From Rebecca billardiae RCC1528 (Eukaryota > Protista > Haptophyta), in NCBI GenBank assembly GCA_965240325.2, contig OZ251228.1, positions 2,790,001 to 2,854,000 of the forward strand: a stretch of 64,000 nt of DNA. Reading direction: 5' to 3'. Position numbers and translations under genes: made by a program. The notes beneath the pieces were generated by a model that was given only the letters and a program-made list of their open reading frames with translations, was not told the origin of the DNA and searched no databases. Below, in pieces: positions 20,391-32,900 of this stretch (position 1 is the stretch's first letter; each line of letters begins with the position of its first letter).

Positions 20391-21170
20391 GCGACGGGCG
20401 TCAACCCGCGCATCCGCATCGTGCGCTACCCCGGCCACGGCAGGGGCCACTGCGGCCCGCGCAGGGACGGCGCGTTCGAGCTGTCCAGCTCTGAGCGCTC
20501 CCTGCTCACGCTGCTCGCGTACCTCAGCGCGCTGCCGCCCGGCGTGGGCGGGCGCACGCGGCTGCTGCGTAGCGATCTGCCGCTCTACCGCGACGCCCAC
20601 GGCCGCTTCGGCGTCGAGTCCGCCGCCGAGTCGGTCACCCTCGCCTTCCGGCCCGAGGCGGCCGGCTGTGGCCTGTGCATGTACCACGAGCGGCTGCGCG
20701 ACGCCGAGGCGCTCGCGCGCGACGCGCCGCCGGTGTGGGTGCTGCAGACGGAGGTGATGTACGCGCGGACCTCGCCGACGCGCGCGCTGAGCAGCGCCGC
20801 GCTGGAGGAGGCGCGCGCGCTCGAGGTCGAGGCCGAGAGCATCGAGTGCGAGCAGCCTATGGTCGCCGTGCAGCTGTACATGCGCGCGGACAGGCTGCGG
20901 AAGGGGCGCGCGCTGCCGAGGCATGCGCCCTCGCGTGCGCGCGAAGAGCAGGGGCACGCGGCGCTCGCTGTCGCCGCGGATGGCGGGCGCGCGGGGGGCG
21001 AGGACGACGCGCGGCCCGCTCGGCCCGACCCAGACAAGTCAGGGCTCGACGGCTCGCCCCGCTCTGCCGAGGCTGCCGCCGGGGCCGTGGCCGAGACTGC
21101 GTGCGCGGCCCCGAGTGACGATTCCCTCTCATGGGCGGACGGCAGCTCGGACGACGGCAGCGTCATCTGA
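20391..21170 (+). pseudogene. 5'-truncated prolyl-4-hydroxylase-like 2OG-Fe(II) oxygenase fragment lacking both Fe-binding His
   Basis: GVNPRIRIVRY..GPRRDG..ERSLLTLLAYLS..GGRTRLL..HERLRDAE..VWVLQTEVMY aligns by eye to GLNPRLRxxRY..PHxDG..RSxxTxLxYLN..GGxTxF..HxxxHEG..KYVLRTDVMY; no start codon, abuts the 50-bp repeat. Confidence 0.65.
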
Positions 21171-21861
21171 CGGCAGAGCGCGTCACAGCCTTGTCGAGGC
21201 TGACGCGGAGCCGATGCTAAGCTGGGCGTGCTCAAGGACGAGGCACCGTCGCACGTACAGACGTACGATGAGCAGCGCAGCTACCCACTGGCCACTAGTC
21301 TCGGAGTGATCGGTTTCAGGCTCAGCGCGCGCCCGTTGGTTGCGACGCATAGTGACATGCGATCGGTGGCCGCGCTCACGGATGGAGCGTCGTCGTCTCA
21401 GCGGGGTCGCGATCCAGGCGGACTGCAGCCGACACGTGCTGTATCGTCTGCATAGTATCGAGTCGTGCAATCGTACCTGTCCTGCTCTACTGGTAACAAC
21501 AAGTACTGATGTGCGCCTGGGATAAAAGAATAAAACCAATAAATGCTGCATATTAAAACAAATAAACTGTCGCTCACAGCGCAGGCAGGTGTTTGGCGCG
21601 GCTGCACTCTCGAGGTGGCTGGGATACAACATCCAGGTGCAGCACCCTCCCCGTGTGGTGTCAGAGCGCGCTCTCGAGCGCGTGCCTCCGAGCGCGGGGC
21701 GGCCGCTTGCTGCAATGGCCGCCTCGATGAGGTGCGGCAACGCGCCCCTCACCTGCCTGCGCCGGTCTGTTTTGTGGCGGTGTCTTTGTGCAGTGTTGGA
21801 TGGCGTCAATCACGCCTTAACCAAGTGTGCACGTTAAAACATAGTAAACTGTACGCACAGG

Positions 21862-23361
21862 ATGGACGGCATGGTCGACATCGTGAGCCCAAAGTGTGAT
21901 CACACTGACTGCTCCAAGGTGCCTCACTTCGGCATGCCGGGCGACGCGCGCGCCAGCCGGTGCGCTGCGCACAAGCTGGCCGGCATAGTCGACGAGAAGC
22001 ACCCCAAGTGTGATCACGCTGGCTGCACCACGCGGCCTTCATTCGGCATGCCGGCCGACGCGCGCGCCAGCCGGTGCGCTACGCACAAGCTGGTCGGCAT
22101 GGTCGACGTGATGAACCGCAAGTGCGATCACACCGACTGCACCAAGCAGCCTTCGTTCGGCATGCTGGGCGACGCGCGCGCCAGCCGGTGCGCTACGCAC
22201 AAGCTGGCCGGCATGGTCGACGTGAAGAGCCCCAAGTGTGATCACACGGGCTGCACCAAGTGGCCTTCGTTCGGCATGCCGGGCGACGCGCGCGCCAGCC
22301 GGTGCGGCACGCACAAGCTGGTCGGCATGGTCGACATCGTGCGCGCAAAGTGTGATCACGCCGGCTGCACCACGGGGCCTTCGTTCGGCATGCTGGGCGA
22401 CGCGCGCGCCAGCCGGTGCGCTGCGCACAAGCTGGCCGGCATGGTCGACGTGAAGCACCCCAAGTGTGATCACGCGGGCTGCACCAAGGTGCCTTCGTTC
22501 GGCATGCCGGGCGACGCGCGCGCCAGCCGGTGCGGCACGCACAAGCTGGCCGGCATGGCCAACGTGGTGAGCCCAAAGTGTGATCACACCGGCTGCACCA
22601 AGCAGCCTTACTTCGGCATGCCAGGCGACGCGCGCGCCAGCCGGTGCGCTACGCACAAGCTGGCCGGCATGGTCGACATGAAGAACCCCAAGTGTGATCA
22701 CGCTGGCTGCACCACGCGGCCTCGCGTCGGCATGCCGGGCGACGCCCGCGCCAGCCGGTGCGCTACGCACAAGCTGGCCGGCATGGTCGACGTGGTGAGC
22801 CGCAAGTGTGACCACGCCGGCTGCACCACGGGGCCTTCGTTCGGCATGCCGGGCGACGCGCGCGCCAGCCGGTGCGCTGCGCACAAGCTGGCAGGCATGC
22901 TTCCGCTGTCACGTGGCAACAGCAGCGTTCACGTGGCCAAGAGCTCTGCCTCCATGCACTCCCAGATCGGTTCCAGCAAACGTCCCCGGGCACAGCACTG
23001 CGATGCCGATGGGCCTGCACGTGCTCTGCGCGCAAGGCCCAGCATTGCCCTGCTGCCTGCCCATGCAACAGGCTGGCCACAAGGCGAGGCGACTGTGTCT
23101 CCAATGCTGCTACCCATTGTCGTGGGCGAAGAATTCATCCCCTCTGGCGCGATGCAGCCGCAGGTCGTGGGTCACCTTCAGACTCAGGATCAGCCAATGG
23201 CATCCGTGTCGGCGGTGCCGCGGTGCTTCCGCCAGAGGGCCCAGAGGCGCCAGGCCCAGAGCTCCCTGTGGTTACTGTGGGTCAGATCGACTATACCACG
23301 CGCGCTGGTCATTATTGTTCAAACTGATGATGACGACGCTGACTACATACATCGTCTATAA
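21862..23361 (+). CDS. EsV-1-7-type cysteine-rich tandem-repeat protein (9 x 38 aa, C-x4-C-x16-C-x2-H)
   Basis: 114-bp units at ~21889-22899 encode PKCDHAGCTKxPSFGMPGDARASRCAxHKLAGMVDVxx, matching the EsV-1-7 repeat pattern; true start and C-terminus uncertain. Confidence 0.85.
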   Translation: MDGMVDIVSPKCDHTDCSKVPHFGMPGDARASRCAAHKLAGIVDEKHPKCDHAGCTTRPSFGMPADARASRCATHKLVGMVDVMNRKCDHTDCTKQPSFGMLGDARASRCATHKLAGMVDVKSPKCDHTGCTKWPSFGMPGDARASRCGTHKLVGMVDIVRAKCDHAGCTTGPSFGMLGDARASRCAAHKLAGMVDVKHPKCDHAGCTKVPSFGMPGDARASRCGTHKLAGMANVVSPKCDHTGCTKQPYFGMPGDARASRCATHKLAGMVDMKNPKCDHAGCTTRPRVGMPGDARASRCATHKLAGMVDVVSRKCDHAGCTTGPSFGMPGDARASRCAAHKLAGMLPLSRGNSSVHVAKSSASMHSQIGSSKRPRAQHCDADGPARALRARPSIALLPAHATGWPQGEATVSPMLLPIVVGEEFIPSGAMQPQVVGHLQTQDQPMASVSAVPRCFRQRAQRRQAQSSLWLLWVRSTIPRALVIIVQTDDDDADYIHRL

Positions 23362-23743
23362 TAATCCGTAATCAACGCGATGCATGACCGCGTTCCGCGG
23401 TCCTTTTCCGTAGAACCAACGCAGTTGGGGGCCCGCGGCGCAGTGGTTGAGAATGAGACTGACGAGTCAGTCAGTCCGAGTCAGAAAGACAGTTCAGCCA
23501 CTCTGAGAGGGAGAGTCAGACCCGAGACCGAGTCTCGGACTCGGCGCGAGTATGCGGGCGCGCACGGCCAAGGGTGGCATGGGACACCAGCGGACGGGCC
23601 GCGCGGGGAAGCGGGGCGGCGCGCTCGCAGGGCGAGAGGCGCGGACGGGCCGCGCGGGGAAGCGGGGCGGCGGCGCGCGCAGGGCGAGAGGGCGAGAGGC
23701 GCCGCGCGGCGCCGGGCCGGCGCGTGCGCGCGTGCGGGCGCAC

Positions 23744-24248
23744 CTGCTTCAGCTTGAGGTGCTCGCGCTGCGCCATGCGCTCGACGAAGGGCCGCTGGTC
23801 GCTCAGCCGGCGCGCCTCGGGCCGGCATGGCGAGAGCGCGCGCCACTGCCGCCCGCCCACGCTGCGCAGCCACGCGCAGACCGAGCGGAGCTCGGGGTGG
23901 AACGAAGCGAGTGGCATGTCGCGCCCGCCGCCCGGCGCACGTGTGCCCTGCTCCACCGCGCCGCCGTGCTCGCCCGCCGCCTGCTCCGCCGCGTCGGCCT
24001 CGAGGATGGCGGCGGCCAGCGGCAGGCTGAGCGGCGCGCGCTCGCCCACGGTCGCTTCGAGGGCCGTCCACACCTGCTCGAGCTGCTGCAGGGCGTCGAC
24101 AAGGGCAGCGCGACCGCCCAGCGCGTCCGCATGCGCGTGGAGCTCGGCGTCTCGCTTCGTCAGGTCGGCGCCCAGCGCCTCTGCGCGCACGCGTCGAGCT
24201 CGGCGTCGCGCTTCGCCGGCTCGGCGCCCAGCGCCTCCACGCGAGTAC
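23744..24248 (-). CDS. Probable coding exon of a hypothetical gene
   Basis: Helical-looking frame AEALGADLTKRDAELHAHADALGGRAALVDALQQLEQVWTALE..EHLKLKQ bounded by CAG acceptor and GTGCG donor; rest of gene not resolved. Confidence 0.4.
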
Positions 24249-24890
24249 CTGCCTGTCAATTGTCTGCTCTGTCTCCACCCGGCCGGATGCCGGCCGTCGG
24301 CCGGCCGTCCGGTCGCGAGCACGCGGATGGCTCCCGCGCACTTGCGTGCCTGCGCGAGGCAGCGCGCACGCACAGCGACACGGGCGCGGGGTAGAAATCA
24401 GGAGAGCGCCGCCGCCCGCGCACCACCCCACCGAGAGTACGCACATGCGCACGCCGTGACGACATGGCACGACATGGCGCATGTCGAACGCAACGCCCCG
24501 ACACGGAAGCCTGATGGCTGATCCGCGCGCGCCCGCAAACGCGGACGCGCGCGCGGGCGGGCGCGCGGGCGTGCGTACGCCGCCCGCGCGGGAGGCGCCC
24601 GCGGCCGCGCGCGCTCCGCGCGCGCGGCGCGCGCTCCGCGCGGTCGTCCACACCGATGGTCGCCGGGTCGAGGGAGGAGGGCTCGCCCGTGTGGGTGCAG
24701 CCCCCTGTTTTGAGCTTCGCGAGTTCGTGACCGCGGCTGCCGCAAGGGCCGGCGCGCCCGGGTTCGTCGCGCTGCTTTTTTTTACTATTCACAGTTAGAT
24801 GTGATCAAGTTTCCCGATTCGTAACGAACCGTTACACTAATGTCACGTCCAGCTGACGTCCAGATCGCACTTTACTTAAGGGAATCAGCT

Positions 24891-26180
<1,290 letters not shown>

Positions 26181-26258
<78 letters not shown>
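26181..26258. repeat. (TG)n microsatellite
   Basis: Direct read; further (AT)n at ~26909-26966 and (AG)n at ~27029-27060. Confidence 0.95.
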
Positions 26259-26259
<1 letters not shown>

Positions 26260-26906
26260 CGTTATTATAGCGCAGCTATATGATATAACCGAGTGTGTCC
26301 GGAGGCTAGAAGGATGAGGCGATGCAGGCGTGCCGCTTGCGACCAAGGGCTTAATCCATCATCTGCTGCGACGATCGAGTGCGTTAGATCCTGCTACTAG
26401 GTGGTAGTGACTGCTGGTACCAAATGGTGCCGGCGGCTCACGTTTCCGAGTACTTGCTGCTCCACCCATCTCGCGGCAGACCCTTCAACAGACAACACCA
26501 GGGAGTATGTTTGACAAGATCTTTTACTATCATCATGATGTGCTATTTAATTACGTTCTTCATCACGACTCATGGCCGCTCCTCCTTTATGGCCTCCTGT
26601 CCTGTGTCCAACTCTTATATACGGCTCATCGCTCGTGTCTATTTATTTGGCGGCTCTTGAGATCTAGCATGTGCTGAGATTGATCTCTTGGGAGCTTCTC
26701 CATCAGCATCCAGGCAGCTTCTCATTCGTCAAGCAAGCGGCCAGCCCCAAGCTCATTATCGTCGTGGCCGCTTCTAGTAACTACGACCTGCTATCGAGCC
26801 GAGCCACTTGGGCATCCTCGGGCCCCCTGCTCATCAGCGCAGCAAAGCACAAGTAGGAAGATCCATCGCCAGACTATTCGCCTCCCGCCGTGCTTCTTTA
26901 TTGCGC

Positions 26907-26942
<36 letters not shown>

Positions 26943-27026
26943 ATATATATATATATATATATATATTGATATTTGTTGAGCTGACGCAGCCTGGGGCGCG
27001 CATCTCAGCAGATGGCGTCGCCGCTG

Positions 27027-27063
<37 letters not shown>

Positions 27064-27338
27064 GTCAGCCTCAGAGTCCGCGACAGTATCGTCAGTCACA
27101 GACGCCGATATCTAGAGGTCGACGGCGGACGGCCGACCAGACAGCACGGGTTGCACAGCACCATTATCCCAGACAGAGGGTGTAGGAGGGTGGGCAAACA
27201 ATGAACCGCTGCCGCAGTGCTCGCTCGGACCGCGGCAGCATATAACGTGTGCTGTCATGTCTCATGATGCTGGACGAGAATGTGCAGGACGATCGCTCAC
27301 GCTCAGACCTTTCGGGGGGGGGGGCGTGCGCCATAATT

Positions 27339-28860
27339 GGCGGGCCGTAGGTCCGCCCCTTGTAGTGCCCAGGGAAAAGATAAGAAAAATAAAATAAGAA
27401 AGAAACTCGCCCCGCGCAAAGAAAAGAAAATCGCTTCGCTCACTACCGGGCGCCCTCGCAGCTCCCACTGGGGACGCTCGGCCGAAAAAGAGTTACCCGA
27501 TGGCGCTGAGCGCATGGGCGGCGCGCGCCACATCCAACGCCGGCGCGGACATCGTGCGAGGATTCCCGAGACGTGTTTTCGCCCGATTCGCGATTGCTGC
27601 CCTCGTCGTCTCGCGTGCAGGTCAAACGAGGGCTAAAGTCGACGCGTCTGGAGGCACGCTCGGCGCGTCGACACGATCGTGCGACCTGGGGCGATCCTCG
27701 CCCGACTTGCACGTCGAGCGCTCGCACGGGCCATAGCATCAAGCGCTGCGCACGACAGCCACCTCGCGCGATCCACCGCCGCGCGTCGGGCTCGGTGCGG
27801 AAAGGCCCTCATCACGAGGTGTCTCGCGGGCGGGAAGCGCCATCGCACGAGACGCAAGATTTGGCTCGGCCTTCTTGAACTCGATCGCCGGAATCCGCGC
27901 ACCGGACTCAAGTCGTGAGTCGTCGCTCGCGGTCCCTCAGCCGAAGCCCACGTCCGGCGTGCATGGCGTCGACGGTGACCAATGCGACGGAAGCGCAGCG
28001 CCAACGGCGTACGACGCGCAGCGGACGCACCTCCCGGGTCTGTCGCCGTGGCAGCAACCGCGTCTTCGCGAGTTGGCGACCCTCGCCGCAGCGCGATACA
28101 GACAAGCCCGTGATGCCATCCGAAGAGAGATGAATCGTCGAGCATGCAACATCGCCGCGCCATCCTCGTCCATGGCGCAGGCGCTGCGGGACGAGGCGGA
28201 CGTCGTCACGCCGGTGACGGATGCGCTGCGATTCGTGTGCCTGCGTGAGCAGCTCGTGCCCACTCTCGATCGCGAGTGGCACACGCTGTCGCTGTGCGCG
28301 CGTGCGCGCACAACCAACAGCTCCTCGTGCCGCCAAACACGCGGGCGCCAGACCTGTCGAAGAGGCGAAGAGCGACGACCGCGTGAACGTCAACGCGCTC
28401 GTACTCAGCGTGGCGGCCGTGTACGATGTCAACGCGACCTGCGCCGAGCCCATCATGCCCGGAGCGGACATCGGCAAGCGTCTTCGCGACAACCGCTCTC
28501 GGCTGGCGGCAGGAGGACATGCACACGATCTACTCTGGCGGCTTCGTCGGTTGCGAGGCGCTCGATTACGCCATCGCGGTCGAGATGCGGCACATACAGC
28601 GCGTACCCGCGCTCGCGCGGAGCAACGGGCTACCCGCCCCGCCCCGCGTGCTGCACATTCCCTCGTGGGTGTGGGCCTCGCTGATGCGCGCGAACACGTA
28701 CCGCACCGCGTGGGAGCTAACTGAGTCACAGGTGTCACTGGTCCGACTGTCCGTCACCCGGCCACGAGCGAATGCTGTGGAAAGACGCGAACCCGTAGAG
28801 AAAACATTGCGACAGCACTGGCACGGCCCGCCGACCCCCCCGCCCGCCATCAGGGCACAG
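27339..28860 (+). mobile_element. Tandem element unit 1 (Helentron-like architecture; frameshifted ORF)
   Basis: Starts GGCGGGCCGTAGGTCCGCC (hairpin) then an A-rich tract; inverted ACGGCCCGCC at 28823-28832 followed by a GCCC..GGGC mini stem; homologous to units at 28887, 57121, 58669 and 61114. Confidence 0.6.
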
Positions 28861-28886
28861 TACCGTATGTCGTCGTCGTAATATAT

Positions 28887-29850
28887 GGCGGGCCGTAGGT
28901 CCGCCCCTTGTAGTGCCCGGGAAAAAGATAAGAAAAAGAAAAGGAAAAAAGAAAACCGCCTCGCAAAGAAAAGAAAATCGCCTCGCTCACTGCCGGGTCG
29001 CTTCGCTCACTACCGGGCGCCCTCGCAGCTCCCACTGGGGACGCTCGGCCGAAAGAGAGTCCTGGATGGCGCGGAGCGCGTGGGCCGCGCGCGCCGAATC
29101 CAACGCCGGCGCGGACATCGCGCGGGGATTCCCGAGACGTGTTTTCGCCCGATTCGCGTTTGCTGCCCTCGTCGTCTCGCGTGCAGGTCGAACGGGGGCC
29201 AAAGTCGACGCGTTTGGAGGCACGCTCGGCGCGTCGACACGATCGTGCGACCTGGGGCGGTCCTCGCCCGACTTGCACGTCGAGCGCTCGCACGAGCCAT
29301 AGTATTAAGCGCTGCGCACGACAACCACCTCGCGCGATCCACCGTCGCGCGTCGAGCTCGGTGCGGAAAGGCCCTCATCACGAGGTGTCTCGCGGGCGGG
29401 AAGCGCCATCGCACGACGCAAGATTTGGCGCGGCCTTCTGAACTCGATCGCCGGAATCCGCGCACCGGACTCAGTCATTGCTCGCGGTCCGGTCCCTCAG
29501 CCGAGCCCACGTCCGGCCTGCATGGCGCATGGCGTCGACGGTGACCAATGCGACGGAAGCGCAGCGCTAACGGCGTACGACGCGCAGCGGACGCACCTCC
29601 CGGGTCTGTCGCCGTGGCAGCAACCGCCTCTTCGCGAGTTGGCGACCCTCGCCGCAGCGCGACACAGACAAGCCCGTGATGCCATCCGCAGAGAGATGAA
29701 TCGTCGAGCATGCAACATCGCCGCGTCATCCTCGTCCATGGCGCAGGCGCTGCGGGACGAGGCGGAAGTCGTCACGCCGGTGACTGATGCGCTGCGATTC
29801 GTGTGCCCGCGTGAGCAGCGCTTGCCTACTCTCAATCGCGAGTGGCACAC
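28887..29850 (+). mobile_element. Tandem element unit 2 (cut by assembly gap)
   Basis: Diverged head-to-tail copy of unit 1; complete version at 58669-60100. Confidence 0.6.
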
Positions 29851-29950
29851 NNNNNNNNNNNNNNNNNNNNNNNNNNNNNNNNNNNNNNNNNNNNNNNNNN
29901 NNNNNNNNNNNNNNNNNNNNNNNNNNNNNNNNNNNNNNNNNNNNNNNNNN
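29851..29950. other. Assembly gap (100 N)
   Basis: Run of N. Confidence 1.
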
Positions 29951-32900
29951 CGCCACAAGCACGCCCGCTCGTCTCGCGCCGCGCGACTGAGCCGAGCAGC
30001 AGCAGCAGCCTGCTGGGCCACCGCAGGCCTGCGGCCGCAGGGCTGCGGCTCGGGCGCGGAGCCGCAGCCCTGCGGGCGCGCGGGCGTGAGGAGTGGCGGC
30101 GGCGCGGCATACAGCGCGGCGCCGAGCGAGCATGGGCGGCGAGGGTGCGCCGCTCAGCACCGCCACCACCCGCTTTCCCGCTCGTCTCGCGCCGCGCGAC
30201 TGAGCCGAGCAGCAGCAGCAGCCTGCTGGGCCACCGCAGGCCTGCGGCCGCAGGGCTGCGGCCGCAGGGCTGCGGCTCGGGCGCGGAGCCGCAGCCCTGC
30301 GGGCGCGCGGCCGTGAGGAGTGGCGGCGGCGCGGCATGCAGCGCGGCGCCGAGCGAGCATGGCCGTCGAGGACGCGTCATTCAGCACCGCCGCCACAAGC
30401 ACGCCCGCTCGTCTCGCGCCGCGCGACTGAGCCGAGCAGCAGCAGCAGCCTGCTGGGCCACCGCAGGCCTGCGGCCGCAGGGCTGCGGCTCGGGCGCGGA
30501 GCCGCAGCCCTGCGGGCGCGCGGGCGTGAGGAGTGGCGGCGGCGCGGCATACAGCGCGGCGCCGAGCGAGCATGGGCGGCGAGGGTGCGCCGCTCAGCAC
30601 CGCCACCACCCGCTTTCCCGCTCGTCTCGCGCCGCGCGACTGAGCCGAGCAGCAGCAGCAGCCTGCTGGGCCACCGCAGGCCTGCGGCCGCAGGGCTGCG
30701 GCTCGGGCGCGGAGCCGCAGCCCTGCGGGCGCGCGGGCGTGAGGAGTGGCGGCGGCGCGGCATACGGCGCGGCGCCGAGCGAGCATGGGCGGCGAGGGTG
30801 CGCCGCTCAGCACCGCCACCACCCGCTTTCCCGCTCGTCTCGCGCCGCGCGACTGAGCCGAGCAGCAGCAGCAGCCTGCTGGGCCACCGCAGGCCTGCGG
30901 CCGCAGGGCTGCGGCTCGGGCGCGGAGCCGCAGCCCTGCGGGCGCGCGGGCGTGAGGAGTGGCGGCGGCGCGGCATACGGCGCGGCGCCGAGCGAGCATG
31001 GGCGGCGAGGGTGCGCCGCTCAGCACCGCCACCACCCGCTTTCCCGCTCGCCTTGCGCCGCGCGACTGAGCCGAGCAGCAGCAGCAGCCTGCTGGGCCAC
31101 CGCAGGCCTGCGGCCGCAGGGCTGCGGCCGCAGGGCTGCGGCTCGGGCGCGGCGGGCGTGAGGAGTGGCGGCGGCGCGGCATACAGCGCGGCGCCGAGCG
31201 AGCATGGGCGTCGAGGGTGCGCCGCTCAGCACCGCCACCACCCGCTTTCCCGCTCGCCTTGCGCCGCGCGACTGAGCCGAGCAGCAGCAGCAGCCTGCTG
31301 GGCCACCGCAGGCCTGCGGCCGCAGGGCTGCGGCCGCAGGGCTGCGGCTCGGGCGCGGAGCCGCAGCCCTGCGGGCGCGCGGGCGTGAGGAGTGGCGGCG
31401 GCGCGGCGTACAGCGCGGCGCCGAGCGAGCATGGGCGGCGAGGGTGCGCCGCTCAGCACCGCCACCACCCGCTTTCCCGCTCGCCTTGCGCCGCGCGACT
31501 GAGCCGAGCAGCAGCAGCAGCCTGCTGGGCCACCGCAGGCCTGCGGCCGCAGGGCTGCGGCTCGGGCGCGGAGCCGCAGCCCTGCGGGCGCGCGGGCGTG
31601 AGGAGTGGCGGCGGCGCGGCATACGGCGCGGCGCCGAGCGAGCATGGGCGGCGAGGGTGCGCCGCTCAGCACCGCCACCACCCGCTTTCCCGCTCGCCTT
31701 GCGCCGCGCGACTGAGCCGAGCAGCAGCAGCAGCCTGCTGGGCCACCGCAGGCCTGCGGCCGCAGGGCTGCGGCCGCAGGGCTGCGGCTCGGGCGCGGCG
31801 GGCGTGAGGAGTGGCGGCGGCGCGGCATACAGCGCGGCGCCGAGCGAGCATGGGCGGCGAGGGTGCGCCGCTCAGCACCGCCACCACCCGCTTTTCCGCT
31901 CGCCTCGCGCCGCGCGACTGAGCCGAGCAGCAGCAGCCTGCTGGGCCACCGCAGGCCTGCGGCCGCAGGGCTGCGGCTCGGGCGCGGAGCCGCAGCCCTG
32001 CGGGCGCGCGGGCGTGAGGAGTGGCGGCGGCGCGGCATACAGCGCGGCGCCGAGCGAGCATGGGCGGCGAGGGTGCGCCGCTCAGCACCGCCACCACCCG
32101 CTTTTCCGCTCGCCTCGCGCCGCGCGACTGAGCCGAGCAGCAGCAGCCTGCTGGGCCACCGCAGGCCTGCGGCCGCAGGGCTGCGGCTCGGGCGCGGAGC
32201 CGCAGCCCTGCGGGCGCGCGGGCGTGAGGAGTGGCGGCGGCGCGGCATGCAGCGCGGCTCGGAGCGAGCATGGACGGCGAGGACGCGTCATTCAGCACCG
32301 CCGCCACAAGCACGCCCGCTCGTCTCGCGCCGCGCGACTGAGCCGAGCAGCAGCAGCAGCCTGCTGGGCCACCGCAGGCCTGCGGCCGCAGGGCTGCGGC
32401 CGCAGGGCTGCGGCTCGGGCGCGGAGCCGCAGCCCTGCGGGCGCGCGGGCGTGAGGAGTGGCGGCGGCGCGGCATACAGCGCGGCGCCGAGCGAGCATGG
32501 GCGGCGAGGGTGCGCCGCTCAGCACCGCCACCACCCGCTTTTCCGCTCGCCTCGCGCCGCGCGACTGAGCCGAGCAGCAGCAGCCTGCTGGGCCACCGCA
32601 GGCCTGCGGCCGCAGGGCTGCGGCTCGGGCGCGGAGCCGCAGCCCTGCGGGCGCGCGGGCGTGAGGAGTGGCGGCGGCGCGGCATGCAGCGCGGCTCGGA
32701 GCGAGCATGGACGGCGAGGACGCGTCATTCAGCACCGCCGCCACAAGCACGCCCGCTCGTCTCGCGCCGCGCGACTGAGCCGAGCAGCAGCAGCAGCCTG
32801 CTGGGCCACCGCAGGCCTGCGGCCGCAGGGCTGCGGCCGCAGGGCTGCGGCTCGGGCGCGGAGCCGCAGCCCTGCGGGCGCGCGGGCGTGAGGAGTGGCG

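Noticed and set aside
23457-23500. CTGACGA..GAAA hammerhead-like words
   Set aside because: No complementary stem II or flanking stems; lies in a GAGTCA-rich low-complexity tract
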